Part shown: piece after piece, positions 17,362 to 29,384 of the stretch
Layout: every line of letters starts with the position of its first letter
How positions within the stretch are numbered: position 1 is the first letter of the stretch
Assembly (NCBI GenBank): GCA_038068755.1
Contig: JBBTLH010000095.1
Location: 1 to 29,384 of the forward strand
Origin: Candidatus Omnitrophota bacterium
GTDB lineage: Bacteria > Omnitrophota > Gorgyraeia > Velamenicoccales > Velamenicoccaceae
Reading direction: 5' to 3'
Length of the DNA stretch: 29,384 bases
Notes under the pieces: model-generated
Seen by the model: the letters and a program-made list of their open reading frames with translations, nothing else
What the model was told of the DNA's origin: nothing
The model's database searches: none
Made by a program: the position numbers and the translations under genes

Positions 17362-18939
17362 TTATTGGTGCACGCGGTAATCTATCTCAGGAAAAATATT
17401 GTCCTTATATTCCAATTCTTTTAAAAATTCTTCGTCAATACTATCGGAGGATATGTCTTCGGAGAGCTTGAAGAACCTCAAGAGATGGTCTTTGGTCCTG
17501 CGCTGGGCATAAGAAACATGCGTTCCGGTAGCTACTATAAACGCCCAATCCGAACTTTGTGCAAGTAAAAGCTCGCGCAGCGCCTGATTCAGGGCCCTCT
17601 TCTTCAACCCGTTCGTATTAGGGCTCTGCTTAACCAGGCACGTCATGACGCTTGAGGCTTTATGCAGATGCCTGTAGATCCAGTCATTGGACCCCTGAAG
17701 CCATACCTCGGAATAACCCTTCCACCCCCAGCTAGACATAGAAGGGGTAAGCACCTGGTTTCTCGGATTTTCCGCCAGATATTCGGAAGGGGTCACCAAT
17801 TTGATAGTCTTCTGGTCATAGGTTATCTTTCTGATCAGAAATTCAAGCCACATAGGGCCTTCAAACCACCAGTGGCCATAGAGCTCCGCGTCATAGGGAG
17901 ACACGATGATAGGCCTTCTGCCCAGCGCGTCATAAAGATACTCTACTTGTTTCTCCCTGTTGAACATAAAATTCGCCGCGTGAGAGGCGGCTTTTTCCCG
18001 CGCCATGTGGGGTTCGTAAGGCATCTTTTCATCCGAGGTACCGGTAATGCGGTAATACTTTATACCCGTATTTATCCTGACTCCGTCAGGAAGAATATAA
18101 GGCTTGATGTATTCGTATTCAAGATCAAAACCTACGTCACGGTAAAACTCACGGTAATAATAGTCACCCGGGTAGCCTTCAACGCTGGACCAGACTTGTT
18201 TGGAAGATTCCGTATCCCTTCCGAAAGCGGCGACTCCTGATTTACAATAAACCGGCGCAAATACGCCGTATTTGGGACGCGGCGTGCCGTGCAGGATGCC
18301 GTGAGAATCCACGAAGAAAAATTTGATCCCGTTCTCTTTCAAGATCTCGTCATCCCCGGGATGATAGCCGCACTCCGGCAGCCAAATACCCTTAGGTCTG
18401 CGTCCGAAATTTTTCTCGTAATTCGCGACCGCCACCTTCACCTGCGCGCGCACCGAAGCTTTGGCGACATCCATCAACGGAAAAAAGCCGTGAGTTGCCC
18501 CGCAGGTGACGATCTCTAAATTACCTGCATCCTGAAAACGCTTAAAAGCAGAAACAAGATTGCGGTGATACCTTTCAAAGAGCTCCCGCGCGTTGATGAA
18601 AATATTCAGATACATCACGGCGAGCTCCTGAAATCCCTGCATCCACCGCGTCCTTTCTACTTCTTTATGGGCCAGCTCTATCAATCGGTTAAGATGCCTC
18701 AAATAACGTTCCTGCAGTAACTGGTCCGTTAGCATGGAAGCTAAGGTGGGAGTAATAGACATGGTCATTCGGAAATTTATCTGGTCTTGACTCAATCGTT
18801 CAAACATCGCGATAAGAGGAATATAGGTCTCTGTTATAGCCTCATAGAGCCAATCTTCTTCCAGAAAATCCTCATGCTCCGGATGGCGCACATAAGGAAG
18901 ATGGCCGTGCAACACCAGGCATAGATATCCTTTGATCAT
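17362..18939 (-). CDS. Glycoside hydrolase family 57 (DUF1957-type) 1,4-alpha-glucan branching enzyme
   Basis: HGHLPYVRHP, EAITETYIPL, GIWLPECGY (nucleophile Glu), PYDAELYGHWWFEG (acid/base Asp), LLLAQSSDWAFI; no signal peptide. Confidence 0.93.
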   Translation of the reverse strand: MIKGYLCLVLHGHLPYVRHPEHEDFLEEDWLYEAITETYIPLIAMFERLSQDQINFRMTMSITPTLASMLTDQLLQERYLRHLNRLIELAHKEVERTRWMQGFQELAVMYLNIFINARELFERYHRNLVSAFKRFQDAGNLEIVTCGATHGFFPLMDVAKASVRAQVKVAVANYEKNFGRRPKGIWLPECGYHPGDDEILKENGIKFFFVDSHGILHGTPRPKYGVFAPVYCKSGVAAFGRDTESSKQVWSSVEGYPGDYYYREFYRDVGFDLEYEYIKPYILPDGVRINTGIKYYRITGTSDEKMPYEPHMAREKAASHAANFMFNREKQVEYLYDALGRRPIIVSPYDAELYGHWWFEGPMWLEFLIRKITYDQKTIKLVTPSEYLAENPRNQVLTPSMSSWGWKGYSEVWLQGSNDWIYRHLHKASSVMTCLVKQSPNTNGLKKRALNQALRELLLAQSSDWAFIVATGTHVSYAQRRTKDHLLRFFKLSEDISSDSIDEEFLKELEYKDNIFPEIDYRVHQ

Positions 18940-18945
18940 CGTGAT

Positions 18946-19992
18946 TTAGGGGTTTCGCGTTGTTTTTCTAGTTACGATAGGCGTGATCGTGCGCGTCTCA
19001 TTTATATGGGCCGACGAAGCTACTACAGGTATGACTTGTTTTCCGTCGGGTAAAGCAAAACGCAGCGTAAAAGTGCCGTCTTTTCTGAGTTTAACTGCCT
19101 TACCCTGTACAGTAACGCGCGCGTCTGCTTCTGTGGCGCCATAGACTATCAATTCCGCGTCCACGACAAGCCAGAATGCGCCTTTTTCTTTGCCCTTCTT
19201 TACGGGAGAACTAACACCCATGGAAGCTAATCCTCGGGATGAGATGTCTTTTTTAAGCCTCTCCTGCCACAGTTTCCCTACAGGGCTTGAAACATTAGGG
19301 CCCAGGCCTACGGACATGCCGTAAAGCCGCCTAAATTCATCATCGGGAATCATCCACTCTTCATCCGTGACCCAGGAAGGGCCGTCCAGCGGAAGCGAAA
19401 TAGTATTGGAACGCACCACCGTTATAAAACGGCCGTCCGGCAAAATAATGCCAAGGTCCACGCACCAGGACGCCCCCGGAGACCCAAAATTCAAATACCA
19501 GTTCCTGGCATCAAAATCAATGCCGGTGTCAAAGAAACGATGCGCGTTTGAGCCGTCAAAATTAATACAACTTACATCATAAGAACGCAAGACCCAGCGA
19601 GCCCTGTCAAAAACACCACCCAGTTCATTCTTTAACCTGTTTGCGGTGCCTGATGATACATCCCAATACGAATGCGCCCACCAAGGATCGCGTATCTGCA
19701 GAACGACAATGTCTTCATCGTAGCGCGCCGGTATCTGACGCCGCTCTAATTCAGCTATAGCTGATCTCTTATAAGATGGTTCAACCGAACTCGCGTACCC
19801 CGTGTAATATTTTGCCTGCTCAACCTTCATCTCGCGAAGAGGTATTTCATGCTTAGCAGGGGCAGGGGCCAAAACAGTCTTGCGCCTTGTCCTGCTTGCA
19901 CTGCGTGCAATGCGTGAACGCAGCTTTTTGCTGATGAGTTTCTTTTTGGGCTTGATCTTTGTAATTTTAGGTTTCTTGGCTGCTTTCTTCAT
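18946..19992 (-). CDS. DUF4912 domain protein with Lys/Arg-rich N-tail and C-terminal Ig-like module
   Basis: VVLQIRDPWWAHSYWDV and ARNWYLNF..PG.SWCVDLG..G.FITVVRSN motifs; AELIVYGATE..ARVTVQG...L..DGTF.LRFALPDG; typical neighbour of GH57. Confidence 0.85.
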   Translation of the reverse strand: MKKAAKKPKITKIKPKKKLISKKLRSRIARSASRTRRKTVLAPAPAKHEIPLREMKVEQAKYYTGYASSVEPSYKRSAIAELERRQIPARYDEDIVVLQIRDPWWAHSYWDVSSGTANRLKNELGGVFDRARWVLRSYDVSCINFDGSNAHRFFDTGIDFDARNWYLNFGSPGASWCVDLGIILPDGRFITVVRSNTISLPLDGPSWVTDEEWMIPDDEFRRLYGMSVGLGPNVSSPVGKLWQERLKKDISSRGLASMGVSSPVKKGKEKGAFWLVVDAELIVYGATEADARVTVQGKAVKLRKDGTFTLRFALPDGKQVIPVVASSAHINETRTITPIVTRKTTRNP

Positions 19993-20330
19993 CAGACACC
20001 CCCCGCTTCACTCGTGTTTTTAGACTCTACCTCAAGCACAGCTTTTTGACTTTGTTCCAGGGCGAGCTCCTCTTTTAATTGAGCTATTAGGCGCTTATTC
20101 TTTAGGCATTCTGCCCTCAACATCCTGGCTTCTGCCAGAATGGCCGCCTGGCCGTTCTGAAGCCTGATAGTCTTTTCTTCAAAATCAAGCCTCTGGGCCA
20201 TCTCGTCCTGGAAGTTTCTTTTAAATTTGTTAAGATCCGCGGTCGCCTTGACCAGCGACGACAAAACAAGAATGATCACCAATACGAAAAAAATATAGGC
20301 CTTGTTGGAATAAGGAGCTTTTGTCGTCAC
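19992..20330 (-). CDS. Hypothetical membrane-anchored coiled-coil protein, 112 aa
   Basis: GTG start directly after the upstream stop, one hydrophobic helix (YIFFVLVIILVLSSLV), then a heptad-like charged helix. Confidence 0.75.
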   Translation of the reverse strand: MTTKAPYSNKAYIFFVLVIILVLSSLVKATADLNKFKRNFQDEMAQRLDFEEKTIRLQNGQAAILAEARMLRAECLKNKRLIAQLKEELALEQSQKAVLEVESKNTSEAGGV

Positions 20331-20963
20331 TTACTTTAAATTCTCTTTTGGTTCCAACATCCCTGTAGGAACTTTCTTCAACTCAGGCAAGATGACTATC
20401 TCCACCCTGCGGTTCTTACGGCGGCCTTCCGGAGTATCGTTAGAATTAACAGGCCTATACTCGCCGTAGCCGATAGCCGCCAACTTTTCAGGCAATATGC
20501 CTTTCTCAAGCAAATAGTGAAGGACGCTTGTTGAACGCGCCGTTGAAAGCTCCCAATTGGTTTTCCATCCCGAATATTTTATAGGTTCGTTATCCGTATG
20601 CCCTTCAATGCCAACATTTAGATCCGCGGCTTTTGACGTAATGACCGAAGCCACCTTATCAAGCGCCGAGAAAGCCTCAGGCCTTATCTTTACCTTACCT
20701 GAATCAAATAATATCTCGTCTAAAAATGTGATGACCAGGCCTCTGTCTTCCATGCTCAAGCTCACGCCTTCAACGCCCTTAAGCTTACTCTCTAACTCGG
20801 CTTTTATCCCGGAAAGTCTGTCTACCTCTTCTTCTAGGGATTGTATCCTCTCAATGTCAGACTTGCGCCCTTTTTGAAATATGATGGTACATCCCGTCAA
20901 ATTTAAAAATATTATGCCTGCTGTCAACCCCATGGCCAAGGTCAAAAATCTCTTACTGAACAT
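20331..20963 (-). CDS. OmpA/MotB-family peptidoglycan-binding protein, probable lipoprotein
   Basis: Lipobox LTGC; coiled-coil linker; ILFDSG, IEGHTDN.PI, NWELSTARS, IGYGEYRP...N....GRRKNRRVEI; AGGAGG SD. Confidence 0.9.
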   Translation of the reverse strand: MFSKRFLTLAMGLTAGIIFLNLTGCTIIFQKGRKSDIERIQSLEEEVDRLSGIKAELESKLKGVEGVSLSMEDRGLVITFLDEILFDSGKVKIRPEAFSALDKVASVITSKAADLNVGIEGHTDNEPIKYSGWKTNWELSTARSTSVLHYLLEKGILPEKLAAIGYGEYRPVNSNDTPEGRRKNRRVEIVILPELKKVPTGMLEPKENLK

Positions 20964-20992
20964 ATTATCCTCCTGTAGGTTACAATGTTTTT

Positions 20993-21021
20993 ACAATAAC
21001 ACAGCAAAAATCATTCGTCAA
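20993..21021 (-). promoter_or_regulatory. Sigma70-type promoter driving the OmpA/MotB gene cluster
   Basis: Minus strand TTGACG (21021-21016), 17-nt spacer, extended -10 TGT-TATTGT (20998-20993), then AGGAGG SD (20974-20969). Confidence 0.75.
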
Positions 21022-21036
21022 GCCAAACTTCCTGTC

Positions 21037-24070
<3,034 letters not shown>

Positions 24071-24074
<4 letters not shown>

Positions 24075-25654
24075 AATCGGACTGTTTTCACTGACAAGAC
24101 ATGCTGCAAAGCCTTGATCTTTTCAATCACCTGTGGTGAAACACAAGCGTCTACGTTTAATACCGTCAGCGCGCGGCCACCTTGTTTATCACGGCCGAAA
24201 GACATAGCGGCGATATTGATGTTATTTTCTCCCATCACCCGGCCGACATTGCCGATAATACCTGGTTTATCCCAATTATGCATAAGGACCATGCATCCTA
24301 CGGGTATCGCCTCTACAAAAAACTCGTCTATTTTGACAAGCCTCGGCTCGCTCTTAGTAAATAAGGTGCCGGCTATCCTGTGGGTCTCCTTATGCGTCTT
24401 GACTTCCAAAGATATAAGGTTCACGAACTCTACGACCTGGGTATCTTTCATTTCCGTCACGCGGATACCCCGTTCTTTTGCAAGCGCGCGCGCGTTGATA
24501 AAATTAACCGTATCCTGAAGCATTGGGGAAAGCAACCCCTTTAAGAGCGCCATGGTCAAAGGAGACGTATCGTTCTTGGCTATATCGCCGCTATAGGTTA
24601 TCTTGACGTCATTCAAAGCGCCTTCTGATATCTGAGACGTAAAACTCCCCAGCCTTTCGCAAAGATTGATGTACGGCTGTAATACGTGATAGGCCTCTGG
24701 GTCCACTGAAGGATAATTGGCGGCATTGCGTATACCCTTACCCAATAAGGCGTCGCTGATCTGATGAGCCACCTCTATGGCCACGTTTATCTGAGCCTCT
24801 TCGGTGGAGGCGCCTAAATGAGGCGTTAACACGACGTTATTGAATTTAACCAATTTCAGATCTTTGGGCGGCTCCTCCACATAGACATCAAGCGCGGCGC
24901 CCGCGACCTTTCCGGATTCAAGGGCGCGCCCCAAAGCCGCTTCATCAATGATACCGCCTCTGGCGCAATTGATAACGCGCGCACTGGGCTTCATCATCTC
25001 AAATTGCTTATCGCCGATCATGCCCGTAGTCTCTTCGGTCAAAGGCACGTGCACGGTAATGTAATCAGCGCTCTGATAAAGTTCATCCAACTTCATCAGC
25101 TCCACGCCGAGTTGGTCAGCGACCTCCTTTGATAAAAACGGGTCGTAGGCCTTGACCCTCATGCCAAAAGACAAACACCGCTTTGCCACCTCTATGCCGA
25201 TACGCCCCAAGCCTATAATGCCGATGGTCTTATTATAAAGCTCCACGCCCATAAAATCTTTCCTGCGCCACTCGTTCTTCTTCATGGACTGGTCTGCCTG
25301 CGGGATAGAGCGTGAAAGTGACAATATCATGCTCATCGTATGTTCGGCCGTAGATATGGTGTTGCCTCCGGGCGTATTCATGACGATAATGCCCTTGGCC
25401 GTAGCGGCCTTTAAATCCACATTGTCTAAACCAACGCCTGCGCGCCCGATGATCTTCAATTTCGTGCCGGCTTCAATGACCTCCCGGGTCACTTTGGTCG
25501 CGCTGCGCACGACGAGCGCGTCGTAATCGCCGACAATAGCTTTAAGGTCCGGTGTTTTCAGACCTACCTTGACATCTACGATAAAATCTTTAGAGCTCTT
25601 TAAGATATTTATCCCTTCCTCAGCTAAAGAATCCGCCACCAAGATCTTAAACAT
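24071..25654 (-). CDS. serA: D-3-phosphoglycerate dehydrogenase (long form with C-terminal regulatory domains)
   Basis: VRSATKV, GRAGVGLDN, NTISTAEH, GLGRIG, VHVPL, NCARGGI, TPHLGASTEEAQ, DKPGIIG ACT domain. Confidence 0.98.
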
Positions 25655-25681
25655 TTGAGTCTCCGTGTTGTTAAACCTCGC

Positions 25682-26818
25682 TTACTTTAACAGTACTTCC
25701 TGGGCGGCCTTAAGGCCCGCGCCAAGCTCAAAACCATACCCCATCTTCTTTAATACTTTCTCCAGACATGCAATACCGAGGATGATGTCAAATTCGCTCA
25801 TATAACCCATGTGGGCTATCCTGAATAACTTGCCCTTCATCTCACCCTGCCCGCCGGCGATGGTGACGCCGTACTCGTCGCGCATGGCCTTGACAAGCTT
25901 TTCTCCGTCTATGCCGCCTGGCACCTTGACTGCCGTCACGCCATCCGAAGCAGCGGACGGCGAAAAAAGCTCAAGGTCCAACGCAAGCATTGCCGCGCGC
26001 GTCGCATCGGCCAATTTTTTATGACGCGCAAAAATATTGTCTAACCCTTCTGTTTTCATCATCTTGAGAACTTCATTTAAGGCTATAACAAGGCCTATTG
26101 CCGGCGTAAAAGGAGTATCTGTCTTATCATATGCCTTTTTAGCGGCCTTAAGGCCAAAGTAATACTTAGGGCACTGGGATTCCTCTACAAGTTTCCAGGC
26201 CTTCTTGCTGACGGCAATAAACCCAAGCCCCGGAGGAAGCATAAAACCCTTCTGGGAGCCGGAGACCACAACGTCAACGTTCCAGGCATCCATCTGAAGG
26301 TCAATGGCGCCCAGGCCGCTTATCGCGTCCACAACCAAAACAACTTCTGTATCTTTGATCACCTTGCCAAAACCCTCTATATCAAACGTAACGCCCGTAG
26401 ATGTCTCACAGTGCGTAACAAATACCGCTTTGATAGCTGGCTCTTTGTCCAGATACTCTTTTAAAACAGCCGGGTCCAAAGCCTTTCCCCACTCCACGTC
26501 AATAACAATGGGTTTGATACCGTAGGCTTCACAAAGTTCCGTCCAGCGTTCCCCAAACTTACCGCCCTGCACCACCAGCGCTTTATCACCCCAGGAAAGG
26601 AGGTTCACTACCGCAGCCTCCATAGCGCCCGTTCCCGAAGAAGTTAAAATAAAGACGTCATTTTTCGTTTGAAAAACGTTTTTTAGGCCTTCTGCGGCCT
26701 CTTTTAAAACGAGCTGAAATTGGGGCGTGCGATGATGGATGATAGGCCTGGATAACGCTTCGCATATTTCCGGAGGCAAAGGTGTCGGCCCAGGTGTCAG
26801 TAAATAATTTTTCTTCAT
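25682..26818 (-). CDS. Class V PLP aminotransferase (alanine-glyoxylate/serine-pyruvate family; probably acts as phosphoserine aminotransferase here)
   Basis: LLTPGPTP, HHR, SSGTGAMEA, HCETSTG, VVDAISG, VSGSQKG (PLP Lys), FRIAHMG; directly upstream of serA. Confidence 0.9.
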   Translation of the reverse strand: MKKNYLLTPGPTPLPPEICEALSRPIIHHRTPQFQLVLKEAAEGLKNVFQTKNDVFILTSSGTGAMEAAVVNLLSWGDKALVVQGGKFGERWTELCEAYGIKPIVIDVEWGKALDPAVLKEYLDKEPAIKAVFVTHCETSTGVTFDIEGFGKVIKDTEVVLVVDAISGLGAIDLQMDAWNVDVVVSGSQKGFMLPPGLGFIAVSKKAWKLVEESQCPKYYFGLKAAKKAYDKTDTPFTPAIGLVIALNEVLKMMKTEGLDNIFARHKKLADATRAAMLALDLELFSPSAASDGVTAVKVPGGIDGEKLVKAMRDEYGVTIAGGQGEMKGKLFRIAHMGYMSEFDIILGIACLEKVLKKMGYGFELGAGLKAAQEVLLK

Positions 26819-26833
26819 AAAAACCCCCCGTGG

Positions 26834-26946
26834 TTAAATGACAAATGACAAATTAATTCCAAAATCCCAATGATAAAAATTCAAAACGCCTGTTTTATAC
26901 ATTTGACATTGGAATTTATTTTGGAATTTGGATTTTGTCATTTGGA
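26834..26946. repeat. Imperfect inverted repeat built from 7-bp tandem units (consensus about TCCAAAT/GACAAAT)
   Basis: Left arm: GACAAAT GACAAAT taat TCCAAAA TCCCAAT GATAAAA. Right arm: ATTTGAC ATTGGAA ttta TTTTGGA ATTTGGA TTTTGTC ATTTGGA. The right arm overlaps the clpP stop. Confidence 0.75.
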
Positions 26947-27546
26947 TTTAATTTCTTTCGCCGCGATGACTTCGTCAATAAGGCCATAGGCCTTCGCCTC
27001 TTCGGCCGACATGAAATAATCCCTGTCAGAGTCCTTCTTTATCCTCTCAAGAGACTGGCCGGTATGCTTGGCTAAAACGTACTCAAGCGCATCGCGCAGC
27101 CTTAAGATCTCTTTGGCCTGTATAGAAATGTCCGATGCAGCTCCCTGAACGCCTCCCCACGGCTGATGGATCATTATCCTGGAATTCGGCAAAGCGTATC
27201 TCTTGCCTTTGGTCCCGGCGGCAAGAAGCAAAGCGCCCATGCTCGTAGCCTGCCCCACGCAGTATGTGGCAACATCGCACTTGACGAATTGCATGGTGTC
27301 ATATATAGCCAGGCCGCTCGTCACTGACCCGCCCGGCGTATTGATATAAACGCTGATGTCTTTGCCTACCTCTTCCATTTGCAAGAATAATAACTGGGCG
27401 ATAACGAGATTAGCAATGTTATCATCAATGGGCGTACCGACGAAAATAATCCTCTCTTTTAAGAGGCGCGAATAAATATCGTAAGCCCTCTCCCCCCTGC
27501 TTGACTGCTCTATTACCATAGGAACCAGAACTTGTCCGTTTGACAT
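26938..27546 (-). CDS. clpP: ATP-dependent Clp protease proteolytic subunit (start re-called to ATG 27546)
   Basis: [42 protein letters not shown] (Ser), MIHQP (His), DRD; GGAGG SD before ATG 27546. Confidence 0.98.
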   Translation of the reverse strand: MSNGQVLVPMVIEQSSRGERAYDIYSRLLKERIIFVGTPIDDNIANLVIAQLLFLQMEEVGKDISVYINTPGGSVTSGLAIYDTMQFVKCDVATYCVGQATSMGALLLAAGTKGKRYALPNSRIMIHQPWGGVQGAASDISIQAKEILRLRDALEYVLAKHTGQSLERIKKDSDRDYFMSAEEAKAYGLIDEVIAAKEIKSK

Positions 27547-27560
27547 AATATCCTCCATGT

Positions 27561-28430
27561 TTATTGCCACTCCGCTTCAGCAAACAGGAATTCAATGACG
27601 TGATTTATCATATGGTCATCTATCTTTATGCTCTCAAGCTTGGCGATAGTCTCTAAAAGCAAAAAGACCCTGACCTGTTGTTGCGCTTCTGTCTTAAACT
27701 TGGGCCCAAATTCTTTGAGGCGTTCTTTGACACGGTCTTCGGGAAGGCCGTACTCGGCCATCTGGTGCTCTGCCTGATGTTCCAACTCATGCAGCCTCTT
27801 CTCAACGAGAGACGCCGGGACCGCGAAAGATGCATTCTTGACAAGCTGGTCTATCAATTCTTTTTCTAACTTTGCCCTCTGGTCGTTCTCTTTTTTCAAA
27901 AATAGTTGTTTATTAAGGCAGTCACAGAACTCTTCTTTTGTCTTGTATCCCAGACTGCGCGCGAGGCGTTCATCGCTTATCTCGCCTGAACGCGCCTGTT
28001 TTAGCTGTTTAACATACTCTTCTACTTCGCTTGGCTCTATCTTGACTTCGCTTTTCGTTAATTTCAATCCTTTATACTGTTTGATCTTGATATCAGGCCT
28101 GACTTCTACCTGCGCCTTATAAGTCAATACATCGCCTTCTAACTTTACATCGCTTATCTCGGGCATATCAATGACATCAACGGTCTCGCTTTTGATACCT
28201 TCCTGATAAGAATCAGAAATAAGGCCTTTTATCGCCTCCTCGCGTGCGGCCTGAGAATGATATTGCTCAAGTATATGCCGAGGAGCTTTACCCGGCCTGT
28301 ATCCCGGGATCTTGGCCTCCTGGGCTATTTTTTCATAGACCTCGTCAATTTTTTTCTTGACCGTTTCCCTGGGAACCTCAATATCAAGAATGACTTTGTT
28401 TTCGTTGGATTTTTTTGAAGTTACTTTCAT
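27561..28430 (-). CDS. tig: Trigger factor lacking the FKBP-type PPIase domain (289 aa)
   Basis: Ribosome-binding signature [10 protein letters not shown]; [21 protein letters not shown]; C-domain ([36 protein letters not shown]); AAGGAG SD; upstream of clpP. Confidence 0.9.
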   Translation of the reverse strand: MKVTSKKSNENKVILDIEVPRETVKKKIDEVYEKIAQEAKIPGYRPGKAPRHILEQYHSQAAREEAIKGLISDSYQEGIKSETVDVIDMPEISDVKLEGDVLTYKAQVEVRPDIKIKQYKGLKLTKSEVKIEPSEVEEYVKQLKQARSGEISDERLARSLGYKTKEEFCDCLNKQLFLKKENDQRAKLEKELIDQLVKNASFAVPASLVEKRLHELEHQAEHQMAEYGLPEDRVKERLKEFGPKFKTEAQQQVRVFLLLETIAKLESIKIDDHMINHVIEFLFAEAEWQ

Positions 28431-28454
28431 TATGTTCTCTCCTTGATTTTGTAT

Positions 28455-28472
28455 ATTGTAGGTTTCTATTCA

Positions 28473-28483
<11 letters not shown>
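28455..28483 (-). promoter_or_regulatory. Possible sigma70 promoter for tig-clpP
   Basis: Minus strand TTAAGA (28483-28478), 17-nt spacer, TACAAT (28460-28455). Confidence 0.45.
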
Positions 28484-29181
<698 letters not shown>

Positions 29182-29195
<14 letters not shown>

Positions 29196-29384
29196 TCAAC
29201 CCCTCTTCAGTAAACATCTCAAGCTTAGGCCGGCCTGTTAACACAAGCCTTTTGTCAGACGCCGTAAATATGGCTCCGTCGCTATAAGAGGTATTTTCTC
29301 CGCGGACGATCTTGACGTGGCCAACTGCTTCCATCTTGTCTATCTGCTTGGTGGCAGAGTTGAAAGTAATTGTCATCTTATCAG
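29182..29384 (-). CDS. C-terminus of an LptA/OstA-family protein (partial, continues beyond the right edge)
   Basis: Open frame ...DKMTITFNSATKQIDKMEAVGHVKIVRGENTSYSDGAIFTASDKRLVLTGRPKL, a beta-jellyroll-like pattern; directly upstream of lptB. Confidence 0.75.

Noticed and set aside
20331-20963. Flagellar motB call
   Set aside because: No MotB transmembrane WxxxYAD motif, a lipobox is present instead, and there is no motA or flagellar gene nearby.
26834-26946. CRISPR array
   Set aside because: Units are 7 bp, degenerate and inverted, with no spacers and no cas genes.

Overview
Gene-dense housekeeping region of a diderm, probably anaerobic bacterium. The gene mix (CpaF/TadA paralogues, DUF4912-GH57, MotB-like lipoprotein, LptA/B) is reminiscent of Omnitrophota; that taxonomy is an inference. 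Every supported gene is on the minus strand. In transcription order (right to left): lptA-like (partial), lptB, tig, clpP, class-V aminotransferase, serA, a 590-aa secreted protein, purA, OmpA/MotB lipoprotein, coiled-coil membrane protein, DUF4912 protein, GH57 branching enzyme, uppS, cdsA, dxr, rseP, ispG, cpaF, proS, cpaF, rimP, nusA, infB, trpS, scpA, ruvB, queH, stand-alone receiver, secreted hypothetical, interrupted DUF2905 gene, SpoIID/LytB-like (partial). I found no tRNA, rRNA, CRISPR array or transposase. Best leads: (1) two divergent Tad ATPases wired into the translation operon on both sides of proS, with no other tad gene in the window; (2) a ~190-nt rod-like structured element between infB and trpS; (3) a 53-bp direct-repeat-flanked insertion that frameshifts DUF2905, plus a similar-sized hairpin element flanked by 9-bp direct repeats; (4) a trigger factor lacking its PPIase domain; (5) a degenerate 5'-nucleotidase-like/thioredoxin(GILT)-like fusion protein. 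All family calls come from motif recognition, not database searches.
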